Under the pieces are notes generated by a model, which searched no databases, was not told the DNA's origin, and saw nothing but the letters and a program-made list of their open reading frames with translations. This document shows positions 37,392 through 47,900 of a stretch of 64,000 nucleotides of DNA, one piece after another. Location: positions 426,303 to 490,302 of the forward strand of contig CP011215.1 of NCBI GenBank assembly GCA_001029775.1. Direction: 5' to 3'. This DNA comes from Candidatus Campbellbacteria bacterium GW2011_OD1_34_28 (GTDB lineage Bacteria > Patescibacteriota > Minisyncoccia > Phycocordibacterales > UBA12079). Both the position numbers and the translations under genes were made by a program. Positions within the stretch are counted from its first letter, which is position 1. The number at the start of each line of letters is the position of its first letter.

Positions 37392-37982
37392 ATGACAGAA
37401 AACAATAAAGAAAATCAAAACAATAATGAAGAGAAAGATGAAATTATTGAAGACGATATCTCTATTGAAATGGACGAAGAAAATAATAAAATAAATTCTT
37501 TGTCTGACGAAGGCTTGAAAAAAATCAGGGAAAAACTGAAAAAATGCACGGAAGAAAAACAGGAATATTTGGAGGGGTGGCAAAGAGCAAAAGCTGATTT
37601 GATAAATGCAAAAAGAGATTTTGAGGACCAAAGAAAAGATTTTGTTAAATTTGCCAAAGGCGATTTGATTCTTCAAATAATTCCGGTTCTTGATTCCTTT
37701 GATATGGCTTTTTCAAACACAAACGGAGTTCCCGAATCGTGGCTTAAGGGTATTGAATATATTTACAATCAATTTGTCGCGGTTTTGAGAGACAATGGGG
37801 TAGAACAGATTGTTCCAAAAAAGGGAGATGATTTTGATATAAATTTACATACATCAGTTGAGGGGATTTTGGTTGAAAATGAAAACGAGAGTGGTAAAAT
37901 AATTTCGGTTATGCAAAAAGGTTATCTCTTAAATGGCAAAGTTATAAGAGAAGCGAAAGTCCGTGTTGGTGAATATAAATAA
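37392..37982 (+). CDS. grpE: Nucleotide exchange factor GrpE
   Basis: WQRAKADLINAKR, IIPVLDSFDMA, QKGYLLNGKVIREAKVRV; precedes dnaK. Confidence 0.95.
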   Translation: MTENNKENQNNNEEKDEIIEDDISIEMDEENNKINSLSDEGLKKIREKLKKCTEEKQEYLEGWQRAKADLINAKRDFEDQRKDFVKFAKGDLILQIIPVLDSFDMAFSNTNGVPESWLKGIEYIYNQFVAVLRDNGVEQIVPKKGDDFDINLHTSVEGILVENENESGKIISVMQKGYLLNGKVIREAKVRVGEYK

Positions 37983-38106
37983 ATTTATATTCACCAAATT
38001 ATAAAATATAAAATTTATAATTTAATTTTTGACAATTAGTTTATAGATTTTAGATTTTGAGGTAACTCGAAAATTAAAACTTATAAGTTAATTTAGATAA
38101 AAAATT

Positions 38107-40014
38107 ATGTCAAAGATATTAGGTATAGATTTAGGTACAACCAATTCAGCAATGGCTGTTATTGAAGGAGGCGAATCAAAGATAATTGAAAATGCCGAAG
38201 GAAACAGAACTACGCCTTCTATCGTTGCCATTTCAAAGACAGGAGAGAGGTTGGCAGGGTTGTTGGCAAAGAGACAGGCGGTAACCAATCCTACAAATAC
38301 TATTTTTGGTATAAAAAGATTTATTGGGCACAATTTTGATGATCCTGCTGTTCAAAAAGACAGAGAGACAGTGCCTTATGAAATAAGAAAGGCAGACAAC
38401 GGCGGAGTAGAAGTAAAGATGGGAGACAAATGGTATAAACCAGAAGAGATCTCTGCAATGTTTTTGCAAAAAATGAAAGCAGATGCCGAGGCAAAATTGG
38501 GAGAAAAAATTACAGAAGCGATTATTACCGTACCTGCTTATTTCAACGACGCACAAAGAAAGGCAACCAAAGACGCTGGAAAGATTGCAGGATTGGATGT
38601 AAAAAGAATTATCAACGAACCAACAGCTGCTGCTTTGGCTTATGGGTTTAATAAAAAGAAAGACCAGCAAATTGTTGTTTTTGACTTTGGTGGTGGTACT
38701 TTTGATGTTTCTGTTTTGGAAGTAGGAGATGATGTCGTAGAAGTAAAATCAACAGACGGAGATTCTCATATGGGAGGAAAGGATATTGACCAAAAGATTA
38801 TCAAATGGATTTTGGAGGAATTTAAAAAAGAAACAGGCATCAATATTTCTACTGATCCTTTGGCTTTACAAAGATTGGATGAATCTGCAGAAAAAGCAAA
38901 GATAGAACTTTCTTCTGCTCAAGAAACAGAAATAAATATTCCTTTTATTACATCTGACGCTAATGGTCCAAAACATTTGTTGTTAAAATTTACTCGTGCA
39001 AAATTGAACGAATTGTCGGATGAATACATCAAGAGATCTATTGAAATAACAAAAAGAGCGATGGAAGCTTCACCTTTTAAAATAGAAGATATTGACGAAA
39101 TTGTTATGGTGGGAGGACAAACAAGAATGCCCGCTATCAAAGATGCAGTAAAAGCATATTTTGGAAAAGAACCAAATCAATCCATTAACCCAGACGAAGT
39201 AGTTGCCGATGGTGCAGCTATTCAGGCTGGTATCTTGCAGGGAGATGTAAAGGATGTACTTTTGTTGGATGTTATTCCTCTTTCTCTGGGGATTGAAACA
39301 ATGGGAGGTGTTGCAACAAAGTTGATCCAAAGAAATACAACTATCCCGACATCAAAATCTCAAGTATTTTCTACCGCAGTAGACAATCAGACATCAACAG
39401 AAATTCACATCGTTCAAGGAGAAAGACCGATGGCAGGTGATAACAAAAGTTTGGGTAGATTTATTTTAGACGGTATTCCACCCGCACCAAGAGGTATTCC
39501 TCAGGTAGAGGTGACTTTTGATATCGATGCCAACGGTATTTTAAATGTAAAAGCAAAAGATAAATCATCTGGAAAAGAGCAGTCTATCAGAATAGAAGCA
39601 ACATCTAGTTTATCAGATGCAGATATTGAAAAAATGCAAAAAGATGCCGAGATGAACGCTGATGAAGATAAAAAGAAAAAAGATTTGGTTGATGCAAAAA
39701 ATTTGGCAGAGCAAATGATTTACACAGCGGAAAAAGCATTGAAAGATGCGGAAGGAAAAATAGGAGAGGACATCAAGACAGGTGTAAATGCAAAAATTGA
39801 AGAATTGAAAAAACAAAAAGACACTAGCGATTTTGATTTAATCAAAAAAGCGACTGACGAACTTTCAACAGAAATGCAAAAAATAGGGACAGCAATGGCT
39901 TCGTCTGCCGGATCAGCAAACACTGGAAATCAGACCGATAATCAAGGAGAAGGAAATGTCCGTGATGCAGAATTTGAAGAAGGAAAGAAAGATGACGAAA
40001 ATAAGACTCAGTAA
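38107..40014 (+). CDS. dnaK: Chaperone DnaK
   Basis: [49 protein letters not shown]. Confidence 0.98.
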   Translation: MSKILGIDLGTTNSAMAVIEGGESKIIENAEGNRTTPSIVAISKTGERLAGLLAKRQAVTNPTNTIFGIKRFIGHNFDDPAVQKDRETVPYEIRKADNGGVEVKMGDKWYKPEEISAMFLQKMKADAEAKLGEKITEAIITVPAYFNDAQRKATKDAGKIAGLDVKRIINEPTAAALAYGFNKKKDQQIVVFDFGGGTFDVSVLEVGDDVVEVKSTDGDSHMGGKDIDQKIIKWILEEFKKETGINISTDPLALQRLDESAEKAKIELSSAQETEINIPFITSDANGPKHLLLKFTRAKLNELSDEYIKRSIEITKRAMEASPFKIEDIDEIVMVGGQTRMPAIKDAVKAYFGKEPNQSINPDEVVADGAAIQAGILQGDVKDVLLLDVIPLSLGIETMGGVATKLIQRNTTIPTSKSQVFSTAVDNQTSTEIHIVQGERPMAGDNKSLGRFILDGIPPAPRGIPQVEVTFDIDANGILNVKAKDKSSGKEQSIRIEATSSLSDADIEKMQKDAEMNADEDKKKKDLVDAKNLAEQMIYTAEKALKDAEGKIGEDIKTGVNAKIEELKKQKDTSDFDLIKKATDELSTEMQKIGTAMASSAGSANTGNQTDNQGEGNVRDAEFEEGKKDDENKTQ

Positions 40015-40082
40015 TATGTTTTTAAAATACACAAATTTTAACCTTTGTTTTTTGATGTTTTAATAGTAATATTATATCCAAT

Positions 40083-41153
40083 ATGCAAGAAGATTATTAC
40101 AAAATACTGGGAGTAGAAAAAAATTCATCAAAAACTGAAATCAAAAAAGCTTTTCACAAATTGGCTCACAAATATCACCCTGATAAAAAAGGGGGTGACG
40201 AGGCAATGTTTAAGAGAATAAGCGAAGCCTACAGTGTTTTGTCGGATGATAATAAACGATCAGAATACGATGCTTATGGTAGGGTTTTTAGTGGTGGCGG
40301 AAATGGTTCAGGAGCGCAAGGATTTAATGGATTTGAAGGTTTTGATTTTTCTCAATTTCAGCAAGGCGGTATGGAATTTGATCTGGGCGATATTTTTGGT
40401 GATTTTTTTGGTGGGGCAAGAAAGAGATCCAGAAGAGGAAATGATATTTCTATTGATTTAGAATTGGATTTTAAAGATGCTATTTTTGGAACGCAAAGAA
40501 AAGTTTATGTAACAAAAAATTCTATTTGTGATGTCTGTGATGGGTCGGGTGCAAGAGAAAAAAGTGAAAACATGACATGCCCTGTATGTAATGGAAATGG
40601 ACAAATTCATGAAACAAAGAGATCAATGCTCGGAACATTCTCTAGTGTAAAAAGTTGTGAGAATTGTAGTGGAACAGGAAAAGTTCCAAAAGAAAAATGT
40701 CACAGCTGTCATGGAGCAAAAGTAAAAAGAGGACAATCCGAGATAAAGATAAATATTCCGTCTGGAATTGATAATGGTGAAATGATCAGACTGAGTGGCG
40801 CAGGAGAGGCAATTGCAGGAGGACAGCCAGGGGATCTATACATAAAAATTCATGTCGCAAAACACAAGTTTTTGAGAAAAGAGGGAAGTAATTTGGCAAT
40901 GAATTTGAATATAAAACTTTCTGACGCTTTGATGGGAGGAGAATATAATATCGAGGTATTGGATGATAAAATAAAATTGAAAATTCCAGCGGGAATCAAT
41001 TTTGGTGAGGTGCTTCGAATTAAAGAAAAAGGTGTGCCAATGGGCGGAACACGAAGAGGGGATTTGCTTGTGAAAATAAATATTCAAATTCCTACAAAAT
41101 TGAATAAAAGGATGAAAAAATTAATAGAAGAATTAAAGGCGGAAGGCATTTAA
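40083..41153 (+). CDS. dnaJ: Chaperone DnaJ
   Basis: J domain with HPD, G/F-rich region, four CxxCxGxG-type repeats. Confidence 0.97.
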   Translation: MQEDYYKILGVEKNSSKTEIKKAFHKLAHKYHPDKKGGDEAMFKRISEAYSVLSDDNKRSEYDAYGRVFSGGGNGSGAQGFNGFEGFDFSQFQQGGMEFDLGDIFGDFFGGARKRSRRGNDISIDLELDFKDAIFGTQRKVYVTKNSICDVCDGSGAREKSENMTCPVCNGNGQIHETKRSMLGTFSSVKSCENCSGTGKVPKEKCHSCHGAKVKRGQSEIKINIPSGIDNGEMIRLSGAGEAIAGGQPGDLYIKIHVAKHKFLRKEGSNLAMNLNIKLSDALMGGEYNIEVLDDKIKLKIPAGINFGEVLRIKEKGVPMGGTRRGDLLVKINIQIPTKLNKRMKKLIEELKAEGI

Positions 41154-41160
41154 TACTGAT

Positions 41161-41865
41161 ATGAATTATTCCAGCAAAATGAAAATATTTCATTATGTTT
41201 CTCCTTGGGTGTTACAAACTCTTATTTGGGTTCCAACACGAATTTTGCTGAGAGTATTTTTTGTTTACAAAGTGAAAGGTTTAAAAAACTTGGCTGTTTT
41301 AAAAAACGACGGAACTGGTGTCATTTTTGCTGTTAATCATTCAAGCGAACTTGATCCTATTTTGATTCCCGCGTCTCTTCCTTTTTTGTCTCGTTTTATG
41401 CCAATGTTTTATGTAGCAAGAGAAAAATCTTTTTATAAAAATAGTGGTTGGAGACAAAATTTTTATGGCGGATTATTTTTTCGTATGTGGGGTGCGCACA
41501 CTGCTTATGCAGGTATGAATGATTATGATATTGCCTTGAGGTACCATATCAAAATTTTGAACGCTGGCAGAAGTTTGTGCATTTTCCCAGAAGGGAAGAA
41601 GACCACAGACGGAAATGTAGGAGACGGAAAACCAGGGATAGGGTTTTTGATTCACAGAACAAATGCATCTATTGTTCCTGTTAGGGTTGTTGGGTTATAC
41701 AAAGATCATAAACGAAAAGATTTTCTCGGTCGCACAAGATTAAAAGTTGTCTTCGGAAAACCAATGTTGGCAAAAGATTTTTATAATGGTAAAAAGGATA
41801 TAGGAATAGAAGATTATAGGGAAGCTACGAAGATTATAATGGATGAAATAAGAAGCCTTGATTAA
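41161..41865 (+). CDS. Lysophospholipid acyltransferase (PlsC family)
   Basis: NHSSELD (HX4D) and IFPEG motifs. Confidence 0.85.
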   Translation: MNYSSKMKIFHYVSPWVLQTLIWVPTRILLRVFFVYKVKGLKNLAVLKNDGTGVIFAVNHSSELDPILIPASLPFLSRFMPMFYVAREKSFYKNSGWRQNFYGGLFFRMWGAHTAYAGMNDYDIALRYHIKILNAGRSLCIFPEGKKTTDGNVGDGKPGIGFLIHRTNASIVPVRVVGLYKDHKRKDFLGRTRLKVVFGKPMLAKDFYNGKKDIGIEDYREATKIIMDEIRSLD

Positions 41866-41949
41866 ATCAAATAGAGGGCTTTAAAAGTCAATTTTGGGCT
41901 TAATTTAATGGTTTTAAAAGGTATATTAATAGGTTTATTGTAAGAAAAT

Positions 41950-42927
41950 ATGAGTAAAATAATGTTATCAGGCGTAAAGCCGACCGGTCGCCCACATATC
42001 GGAAATTATTTTGGAGCGATGAAACAATTCGTTGATTTGCAGAGTGATTTTGACGAGGTGTTTGTTTTTATTGCCGATTATCATGCAATGACATCGGATA
42101 CCAAAAAACTTTTGATTGGACAAAACAGTATTGAATTGGCTTTGGATTATCTCGCTATTGGTTTAGATCCTGAAAAAGTAATTTTGTTTAGACAATCAAG
42201 CGTCCCACAAGTGACAGAATTGAGCTGGATTTTTTCTTGCCTCGTAACCATGCCTTATTTGATGAGAGCACATGCTTTTAAAGATGCCGAGGCAAAAAAG
42301 AAAGAAGTGAATGTTGGAACATTTAATTATCCTGTTTTGATGTCGGCGGATATTTTAATTCAAGACGCAGATATTGTGCCTGTTGGAAATGATCAAAAGC
42401 AACATTTGGAAATTGCGAGAGAGATTGCCAGAAAATTTAATACTCAGTACGGAATGATTTTTAAAGAACCACAAGAAAAAATTTTAGAGGAAACAGAAAC
42501 GGTGATCGGAATAGATGGACAGAAAATGTCAAAATCTTATGGAAACACGATCCCTCTTTTTGCGACCGATGAAGAAACAGAAAAAATAATTATGTCTGTA
42601 CCAATGGATTCAAAAGGAATTGATGAAAAGAAAAATCCAGATGATTATAATTTGTATAAAATAGCAAAACTTTTCACAAATGAAAATCAAGACAAAGAAA
42701 TCAGAAGTATGTTTGAGAATGGGGGAGTCGGATATGCAGAAATCAAAAAATATGTTGCGAATGTAATAAATAATTATTTGAAAGAGATGAGGGAAAGACG
42801 AAAAGAATTGGAAAATAACAGAGACTATGTTTTGGAGATTTTGGAAAAGGGGGGAAAGATTGCTCGCGAAAGAGCAGAAAAAAAGATGGAGGAGGTGAGA
42901 GTTAAATGCGGACTAAACGCAGAATAA
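41950..42927 (+). CDS. trpS: Tryptophan--tRNA ligase
   Basis: SGVKPTGRPHIGNYFGA, YPVLMSADIL, VPVGNDQKQHLE, KMSKS. Confidence 0.97.
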   Translation: MSKIMLSGVKPTGRPHIGNYFGAMKQFVDLQSDFDEVFVFIADYHAMTSDTKKLLIGQNSIELALDYLAIGLDPEKVILFRQSSVPQVTELSWIFSCLVTMPYLMRAHAFKDAEAKKKEVNVGTFNYPVLMSADILIQDADIVPVGNDQKQHLEIAREIARKFNTQYGMIFKEPQEKILEETETVIGIDGQKMSKSYGNTIPLFATDEETEKIIMSVPMDSKGIDEKKNPDDYNLYKIAKLFTNENQDKEIRSMFENGGVGYAEIKKYVANVINNYLKEMRERRKELENNRDYVLEILEKGGKIARERAEKKMEEVRVKCGLNAE

Positions 42928-42948
42928 ACGCGGAAATTAACAAAATCA

Positions 42949-43614
42949 ATGATTTTTGAATTAAAACAAAAGAAGGATAAATTTCTTGATAAAGCATACA
43001 AAGATTCAATGAAAGAATTGAATGATTTTTATGGTATTAATTGGACTCGTAATACTCCCAAGATTTTTGTCGTTAATAGTAGAGAAGATAAAGCTTTTCT
43101 TAAAGGAGATATGGGAAATGGAAGTGCTGGCTGGATTGTTGGTTGGACACCAACTACTGATACTGTTTTTGTGATGAATCGTTTGAAAATCAAAACTGAA
43201 ACTTCTCACAAGAAAGGATACACAAAAGAACAATATAAGTATTTAATAAAACACGAGTTAAGCCATTTGTTTTTTAAAATTCTAATAAAGGGAGGTTTTC
43301 GTCCTGTATGGTTGTGGGAAGGGGTTGCTATTTATACTTCTGAACAAGATAAGTTTAAAAAAAGACTAGAAGAATTTAAACAATTTTTGAGTTTTTATGA
43401 TTCACATATGAGTGAAGATGGAAAAACTAGTGTTTACTATGAATCAGGATTTTTTGTAGAAATGTTGGTAGAAAAGTTCGGGAAAGAAAAATTTTTGAAT
43501 TTTTTAAAATCTCTGCAAAAAGTAAAAAACAGAAAAGAATTTGATAAATTATTTTTCAAAACCTATAAATTTAAATTAAATTATAAAGAAATAAACAAAT
43601 TCTATAAAAATTAA
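42949..43614 (+). CDS. Putative zinc metallopeptidase (gluzincin/peptidase MA-like)
   Basis: HELSH followed by PVWLWEGVA and YYESG. Confidence 0.7.
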   Translation: MIFELKQKKDKFLDKAYKDSMKELNDFYGINWTRNTPKIFVVNSREDKAFLKGDMGNGSAGWIVGWTPTTDTVFVMNRLKIKTETSHKKGYTKEQYKYLIKHELSHLFFKILIKGGFRPVWLWEGVAIYTSEQDKFKKRLEEFKQFLSFYDSHMSEDGKTSVYYESGFFVEMLVEKFGKEKFLNFLKSLQKVKNRKEFDKLFFKTYKFKLNYKEINKFYKN

Positions 43615-43790
43615 TTAAAAGGTTTGAATAAGGCTCTTGCTCGTGTTGATTTTTAAATAAAAACTATTCTAGTATTCTCAAGAATACCAGAATAGTTTTT
43701 ATTTTGTTTACATTTGCTTGCACCCTCGTTGTTTTTTTTGCTAAATTCTATTTGGAAATAACAATTAAAATTCATTTCGGAGGAGTTTTA

Positions 43791-44096
43791 ATGAAGAAAG
43801 ATCTTAAAAGGATTGCGGGAGCGTTTTTTCAAGGTGTTTTCTGGTGGTTTTTGTTTTTGAAAAAATTTCGATCAATAGATTATAGAGATGAACATTACAG
43901 AGATTATGTTCGCGCGTCTTTATTAAAAGGAATCTTGTTTCCTTTAATTATGGCGATTGTAATGAATTTTGCATACCAATTAAATATTTGGAATTGCGTT
44001 TTAACTCTTCTGTATTTTCATTTGGTTATTGGTCTTGCTGAAATAATTCATCTTCGACTCGAATGGAACGGTTTCCGTGAATTGCCTATTGGATAA
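43791..44096 (+). CDS. Small orphan membrane protein (101 aa)
   Basis: SD GGAGGAG before ATG 43791; three hydrophobic segments; terminator aaaaaacgacc-tttg-ggtcgttttttt at 44100-44126. Confidence 0.65.
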   Translation: MKKDLKRIAGAFFQGVFWWFLFLKKFRSIDYRDEHYRDYVRASLLKGILFPLIMAIVMNFAYQLNIWNCVLTLLYFHLVIGLAEIIHLRLEWNGFRELPIG

Positions 44097-44251
44097 TACA
44101 AAAAACGACCTTTGGGTCGTTTTTTTAAAAAGTTGTTTGTTTGGGTAACCAACTTTTATTAGATTAGACTTTTTGATTGTTTTTTGCTTTAATGGTTTTT
44201 AGAAATAGCTTTAATTTAGTTTTTTTAGACTATTGAAAACAAGGAGGTTCG

Positions 44252-44413
44252 GTGAAAACAATCAAAGGTGGTATCGCTGATTTGAAAGGAATTAAATATA
44301 TTTTAAATCCAGAAACATCTTTTGTTTCATTTTCGGCAGACAACAAAGACCTTGTATCAATTTCTAATAAAAAAATTTTACGAAGGAGAAAATTGGGAAG
44401 GAGAGTACGATGA
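44252..44413 (+). CDS. Small basic protein (53 aa, GTG start; not in the ORF track)
   Basis: SD AAGGAGG; MKTIKGGIADLKGIKYILNPETSFVSFSADNKDLVSISNKKILRRRKLGRRVR; TGA overlaps the next ATG (ATGA). Confidence 0.55.
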   Translation: MKTIKGGIADLKGIKYILNPETSFVSFSADNKDLVSISNKKILRRRKLGRRVR

Positions 44414-44727
44414 AAGAAAAAATTACTTTAAAAAGAATTGTGGCATCTTTTGTTGCAGGATTGTTGTGGGGAGTCTTTCTTTTTCAGGATATCTCCAAAG
44501 GAGATTCTGGTTATGAGTATGAAGGGACAGGAATTCTTTTTGTTTCAATTGGTTTTTGCTGTTTGTTTTTTGTACCGATAATTATTTCATCTTCTTTTCA
44601 GATTGAAATTTACAAATTGATTTTGGCAGGCGTTGCTGCGTATCTCATTATTGGACTTGTCGCTATTTCAGAAATGCGACACCGATGGGGAGGTAGTGAC
44701 AGAATAACTTTTATGCCTAATGTGTAA
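44410..44727 (+). CDS. Small orphan membrane protein (105 aa), probable paralogue of 43791-44096
   Basis: SD AAGGAG; LKRIVASFVAGLLW vs LKRIAGAFFQGVFW; LIIGL..RHRWGG vs LVIGL..RLEWNG. Confidence 0.65.
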   Translation: MKEKITLKRIVASFVAGLLWGVFLFQDISKGDSGYEYEGTGILFVSIGFCCLFFVPIIISSSFQIEIYKLILAGVAAYLIIGLVAISEMRHRWGGSDRITFMPNV

Positions 44728-44730
44728 ATC

Positions 44731-44771
44731 AAAAGCCCAGTTTGGATGTCCGACATCCAAACTGGGCTTTT
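44731..44771. terminator. Bidirectional terminator with a CGG-loop hairpin core
   Basis: aaaagcccagtttggatgt-ccg-acatccaaactgggctttt. Confidence 0.8.
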
Positions 44772-44777
44772 TGCTTT

Positions 44778-45941
44778 TTATTTTGTGTCTTCCAGTGTCA
44801 TTTCACGGGCGATTCCTCCTATTGTTACAAATACTCCCAAAATCACGAATAAATAATTGATTTCAATAAACATCAAAAGAATACTAGCAGTTAATGGTCC
44901 AAGAATATATGCAGAAGGTCCGGTCATTCTAAATACATTTAAAATATTTGTGTCATTCCCATCTATTTTTTTAAAGAAATAACTCTCTGATGCAATCTCA
45001 ATCATACTTGCTCCTACTCGGGTCATAAACAATAAAAGTCCCCAAAGAATTATACTGTTTGATGTTATGAAAGTAAGCATTGCGGTAGTTATTCCAGTAA
45101 TTAAAAAACCAAAATTTAATATTTCTTTTTCTCCAATTTTTTCATCCGCCAATTTTCCGAGTGGAATTTCTAGTATAACAAATGGTAGTAGCATCATAGT
45201 AAATACTATTCCTATGGTGCTCCAATCAAAACCAATATATTCGTGAAGATATATCGGCATATAAATGATCATCCAAGAATAGAAAAATCTCAACAAAAAA
45301 TGTGCCCAAAATATTTTGGAAACATTTGGCTTGTTAAAAATTATTTTTAAAGTATCCCAGATATTTGTTTTTACATATTTAGGGTCTTCAAAATTTTTTA
45401 AATTTCTGATAATGAGATAAAGAATGGGGATAGTCAGTATTCCTGAAAATAAATATATTTTCCAATATTCATTGTTGATCAAGATAAACCCAGAAATCAT
45501 CGGCGAGATAAGCCAAGCCAAATTGTTGAATGACAGGTATGTCCCACGGGTTTTTCCAGTACTTGAGTCCTCTGAGAAAGCTTCAAGAAAGACATCAATA
45601 TTGAAGGCAATCAAAGCAACAATAACAAGATGCACTGTTAATGCAGTGATTACAACAAAAAAATTATCCCAAACTACAAGAGATATAAGAGAAATTATAT
45701 TAATGAGAAGAGCGTAGATCATGGTTTTATAATTTCCAATCTTTTGTAGAATTTTTCCTGCCGACATCATCAGCAATAAAGTAAATATTGATGAAAGTAT
45801 ATAGAAAACACCAACAAAACCCTCTGAAACATAATTGTTTAAGAAGGTTGAGTTTACATAAGTGGGAATTGCCAAGCTAAAAGAAAAAATAAATCCAAGT
45901 AAAAATATAGAAGTTATTTTTTGTTTTTTAGGTATCATCAT
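44778..45941 (-). CDS. MFS transporter
   Basis: About 12 hydrophobic helices; GKILQKIG and GKLADEKIGEK (motif A-like). Confidence 0.85.
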   Translation of the reverse strand: MMIPKKQKITSIFLLGFIFSFSLAIPTYVNSTFLNNYVSEGFVGVFYILSSIFTLLLMMSAGKILQKIGNYKTMIYALLINIISLISLVVWDNFFVVITALTVHLVIVALIAFNIDVFLEAFSEDSSTGKTRGTYLSFNNLAWLISPMISGFILINNEYWKIYLFSGILTIPILYLIIRNLKNFEDPKYVKTNIWDTLKIIFNKPNVSKIFWAHFLLRFFYSWMIIYMPIYLHEYIGFDWSTIGIVFTMMLLPFVILEIPLGKLADEKIGEKEILNFGFLITGITTAMLTFITSNSIILWGLLLFMTRVGASMIEIASESYFFKKIDGNDTNILNVFRMTGPSAYILGPLTASILLMFIEINYLFVILGVFVTIGGIAREMTLEDTK

Positions 45942-45964
45942 AAAAAATATTATATATTATTTAT

Positions 45965-47821
45965 TTACACTCCCAAAACTACAGGAATAATAATTGGTCT
46001 TTTGTTTGTTTTCTTTAACAAGAATCTTCCGATTCCATCGCTTAATTCTTTTTTAATCAATTCAAAATTGATTGGTTTCATTCCGACAGCATTGTCTTCT
46101 GCTGTTTTCTTTACGATTTTTCTGGCTTGTGAAAGAAGATCTTGTGATTCTCTTAAATACACAAATCCTCTAGAAATTATATCTGGTGACTTTCGAAGTT
46201 TCCCTGTGCCTAAATCAATCGTAGCAATTACCACAAAGATTCCGTCTTGCGCCAAAGTTTGTCTGTCTCTGATAACCACTTCCTGAATATCTCCAACGGA
46301 AAAACCATCTACCATAACAATGTTTGAAGGGGCTTTTTGTTTTAGAACTTCTATTTTTGTTCCTTTGTCTCGTATCTCAATAACAGAACCATTATCAGGC
46401 ACAACAATATTTTCGTCCTTCATTCCGATTGATCTTGCCAATTCAGCATGAACTTTTAACATCGAGTGATGTCCATATCCAGGTACAAAAAATCTTGCGT
46501 TAACCATTGTATTTATCCAAGCCAATTCTCCTGCATTTCCGTGACCTGTCGCGTGAACGTCGGATACTTGATAACTGATGATTTTTACATCGTGTCTATA
46601 AAGATTATCTTTCAATTTTCGTACACTTAATTCATTTCCCGGAACAACAGATGAAGAAAGAATAATTGTATCTCTTTTATTTAGTTGGATAAATTTATTT
46701 TTCTTTTGTGCCATTCTCATAAGAGCGGCAAATTCTTCGCCTTGTGCTCCTGTCGCCAAAACCAATATTCTGTCAGGAGGGTAATTGCCAATATCTTTTG
46801 GTTGAACAAGAGTATCTTGTTTTGGATTAAGTAGACCTGCTAATTTTGCAATCTCAATGTTTGTTTTGATGCTTCTTCCCTCCGTAATAACTTTTTTATT
46901 GTATTTTTCTGCAATTTGAATAATTTGAATCATTCTTTCAAACTGAGAGGCAAAAGTACCAATAATAATTCTTCCGTTAACATTTTTTATAATGTTTTCC
47001 AAATTGTCCATTATTTGTTTTTCTGGAATAGAGAATCCTGGTTTTTCAACATTGGTTGAATCAGCGATAAGAAGAATATTGTTGTCCTTTCCAATCTCTC
47101 CCCAATTTCTTTCTTCTTTTTCAGAAGGAATTCCGTTCTCGTGCTCAAGTTTTAAGTCTCCTGTGATCACCACATTTCCAAAAGGTGTCTCAACAGACAC
47201 TCCCATCGAGTCGGGAATAGAGTGAGTCACTTCAATAAATTTAACATGAAGATTGCCGAATTTTAATTTTTCTTTTGGATTAACAATTCTTAAATCTGGT
47301 TTTGGTAAATTGGGAAATTCTTCCGCTCTTTTTTGTACCATTATTGCTGTAAGATTTCTGGCGTAGATTGGAGGGTTTCCAATTTTGTCTATGATATAAG
47401 GGATGGCAGCAATGTGATCCAAGTGTCCGTGTGTCAAAATCAAAGCTCGGATCTTGTGTTTGTTTGCCTCCAAATATTTTGTGTTTGGAATGATATAATC
47501 AATTCCGGGATTTTCTTCGGACACAAATTGAAAACCACAATCAAAAATCAAAATATCATCCTCGTATTCAACGATGATCATATTTTGTCCTACTTCTTCG
47601 GCTCCTCCCAAAGGTATTACTCTAATAGTCTCTTTTCCAATAGGAGGAACTTTTACCTCTGATGTTTTAGGAGAATGGTTTTCAGAATTTCTTTGAGAAT
47701 TTCTTCCAAAGTTTTTTCTGTTGCCTGTACCGGTATTGGCGGTTTTTTTTCTTTCAGTATTTCCATCTGTTGGATTTTTTTTGACAGGACTTGTTCTTAC
47801 TGTTTTGTTTTCTTTAATCAT
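45965..47821 (-). CDS. rnj: Ribonuclease J
   Basis: IPLGGAEEVGQNM, THGHLDHI, HSIPD, TGAQGE, HATGH. Confidence 0.93.
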   Translation of the reverse strand: MIKENKTVRTSPVKKNPTDGNTERKKTANTGTGNRKNFGRNSQRNSENHSPKTSEVKVPPIGKETIRVIPLGGAEEVGQNMIIVEYEDDILIFDCGFQFVSEENPGIDYIIPNTKYLEANKHKIRALILTHGHLDHIAAIPYIIDKIGNPPIYARNLTAIMVQKRAEEFPNLPKPDLRIVNPKEKLKFGNLHVKFIEVTHSIPDSMGVSVETPFGNVVITGDLKLEHENGIPSEKEERNWGEIGKDNNILLIADSTNVEKPGFSIPEKQIMDNLENIIKNVNGRIIIGTFASQFERMIQIIQIAEKYNKKVITEGRSIKTNIEIAKLAGLLNPKQDTLVQPKDIGNYPPDRILVLATGAQGEEFAALMRMAQKKNKFIQLNKRDTIILSSSVVPGNELSVRKLKDNLYRHDVKIISYQVSDVHATGHGNAGELAWINTMVNARFFVPGYGHHSMLKVHAELARSIGMKDENIVVPDNGSVIEIRDKGTKIEVLKQKAPSNIVMVDGFSVGDIQEVVIRDRQTLAQDGIFVVIATIDLGTGKLRKSPDIISRGFVYLRESQDLLSQARKIVKKTAEDNAVGMKPINFELIKKELSDGIGRFLLKKTNKRPIIIPVVLGV

Positions 47822-47900
47822 AAATTAATAACAATCAATTGACCCTTGATTACGGGTTTTAAAATTTTTAATAATAATTTTTTATAAAATGTTTAGATTT

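Noticed and set aside
37320-38106. CIRCE/HrcA operator for grpE-dnaK-dnaJ
   Set aside because: No TTAGCACTC-N9-GAGTGCTAA seen; the ttagcac at 26003 belongs to a rod element.
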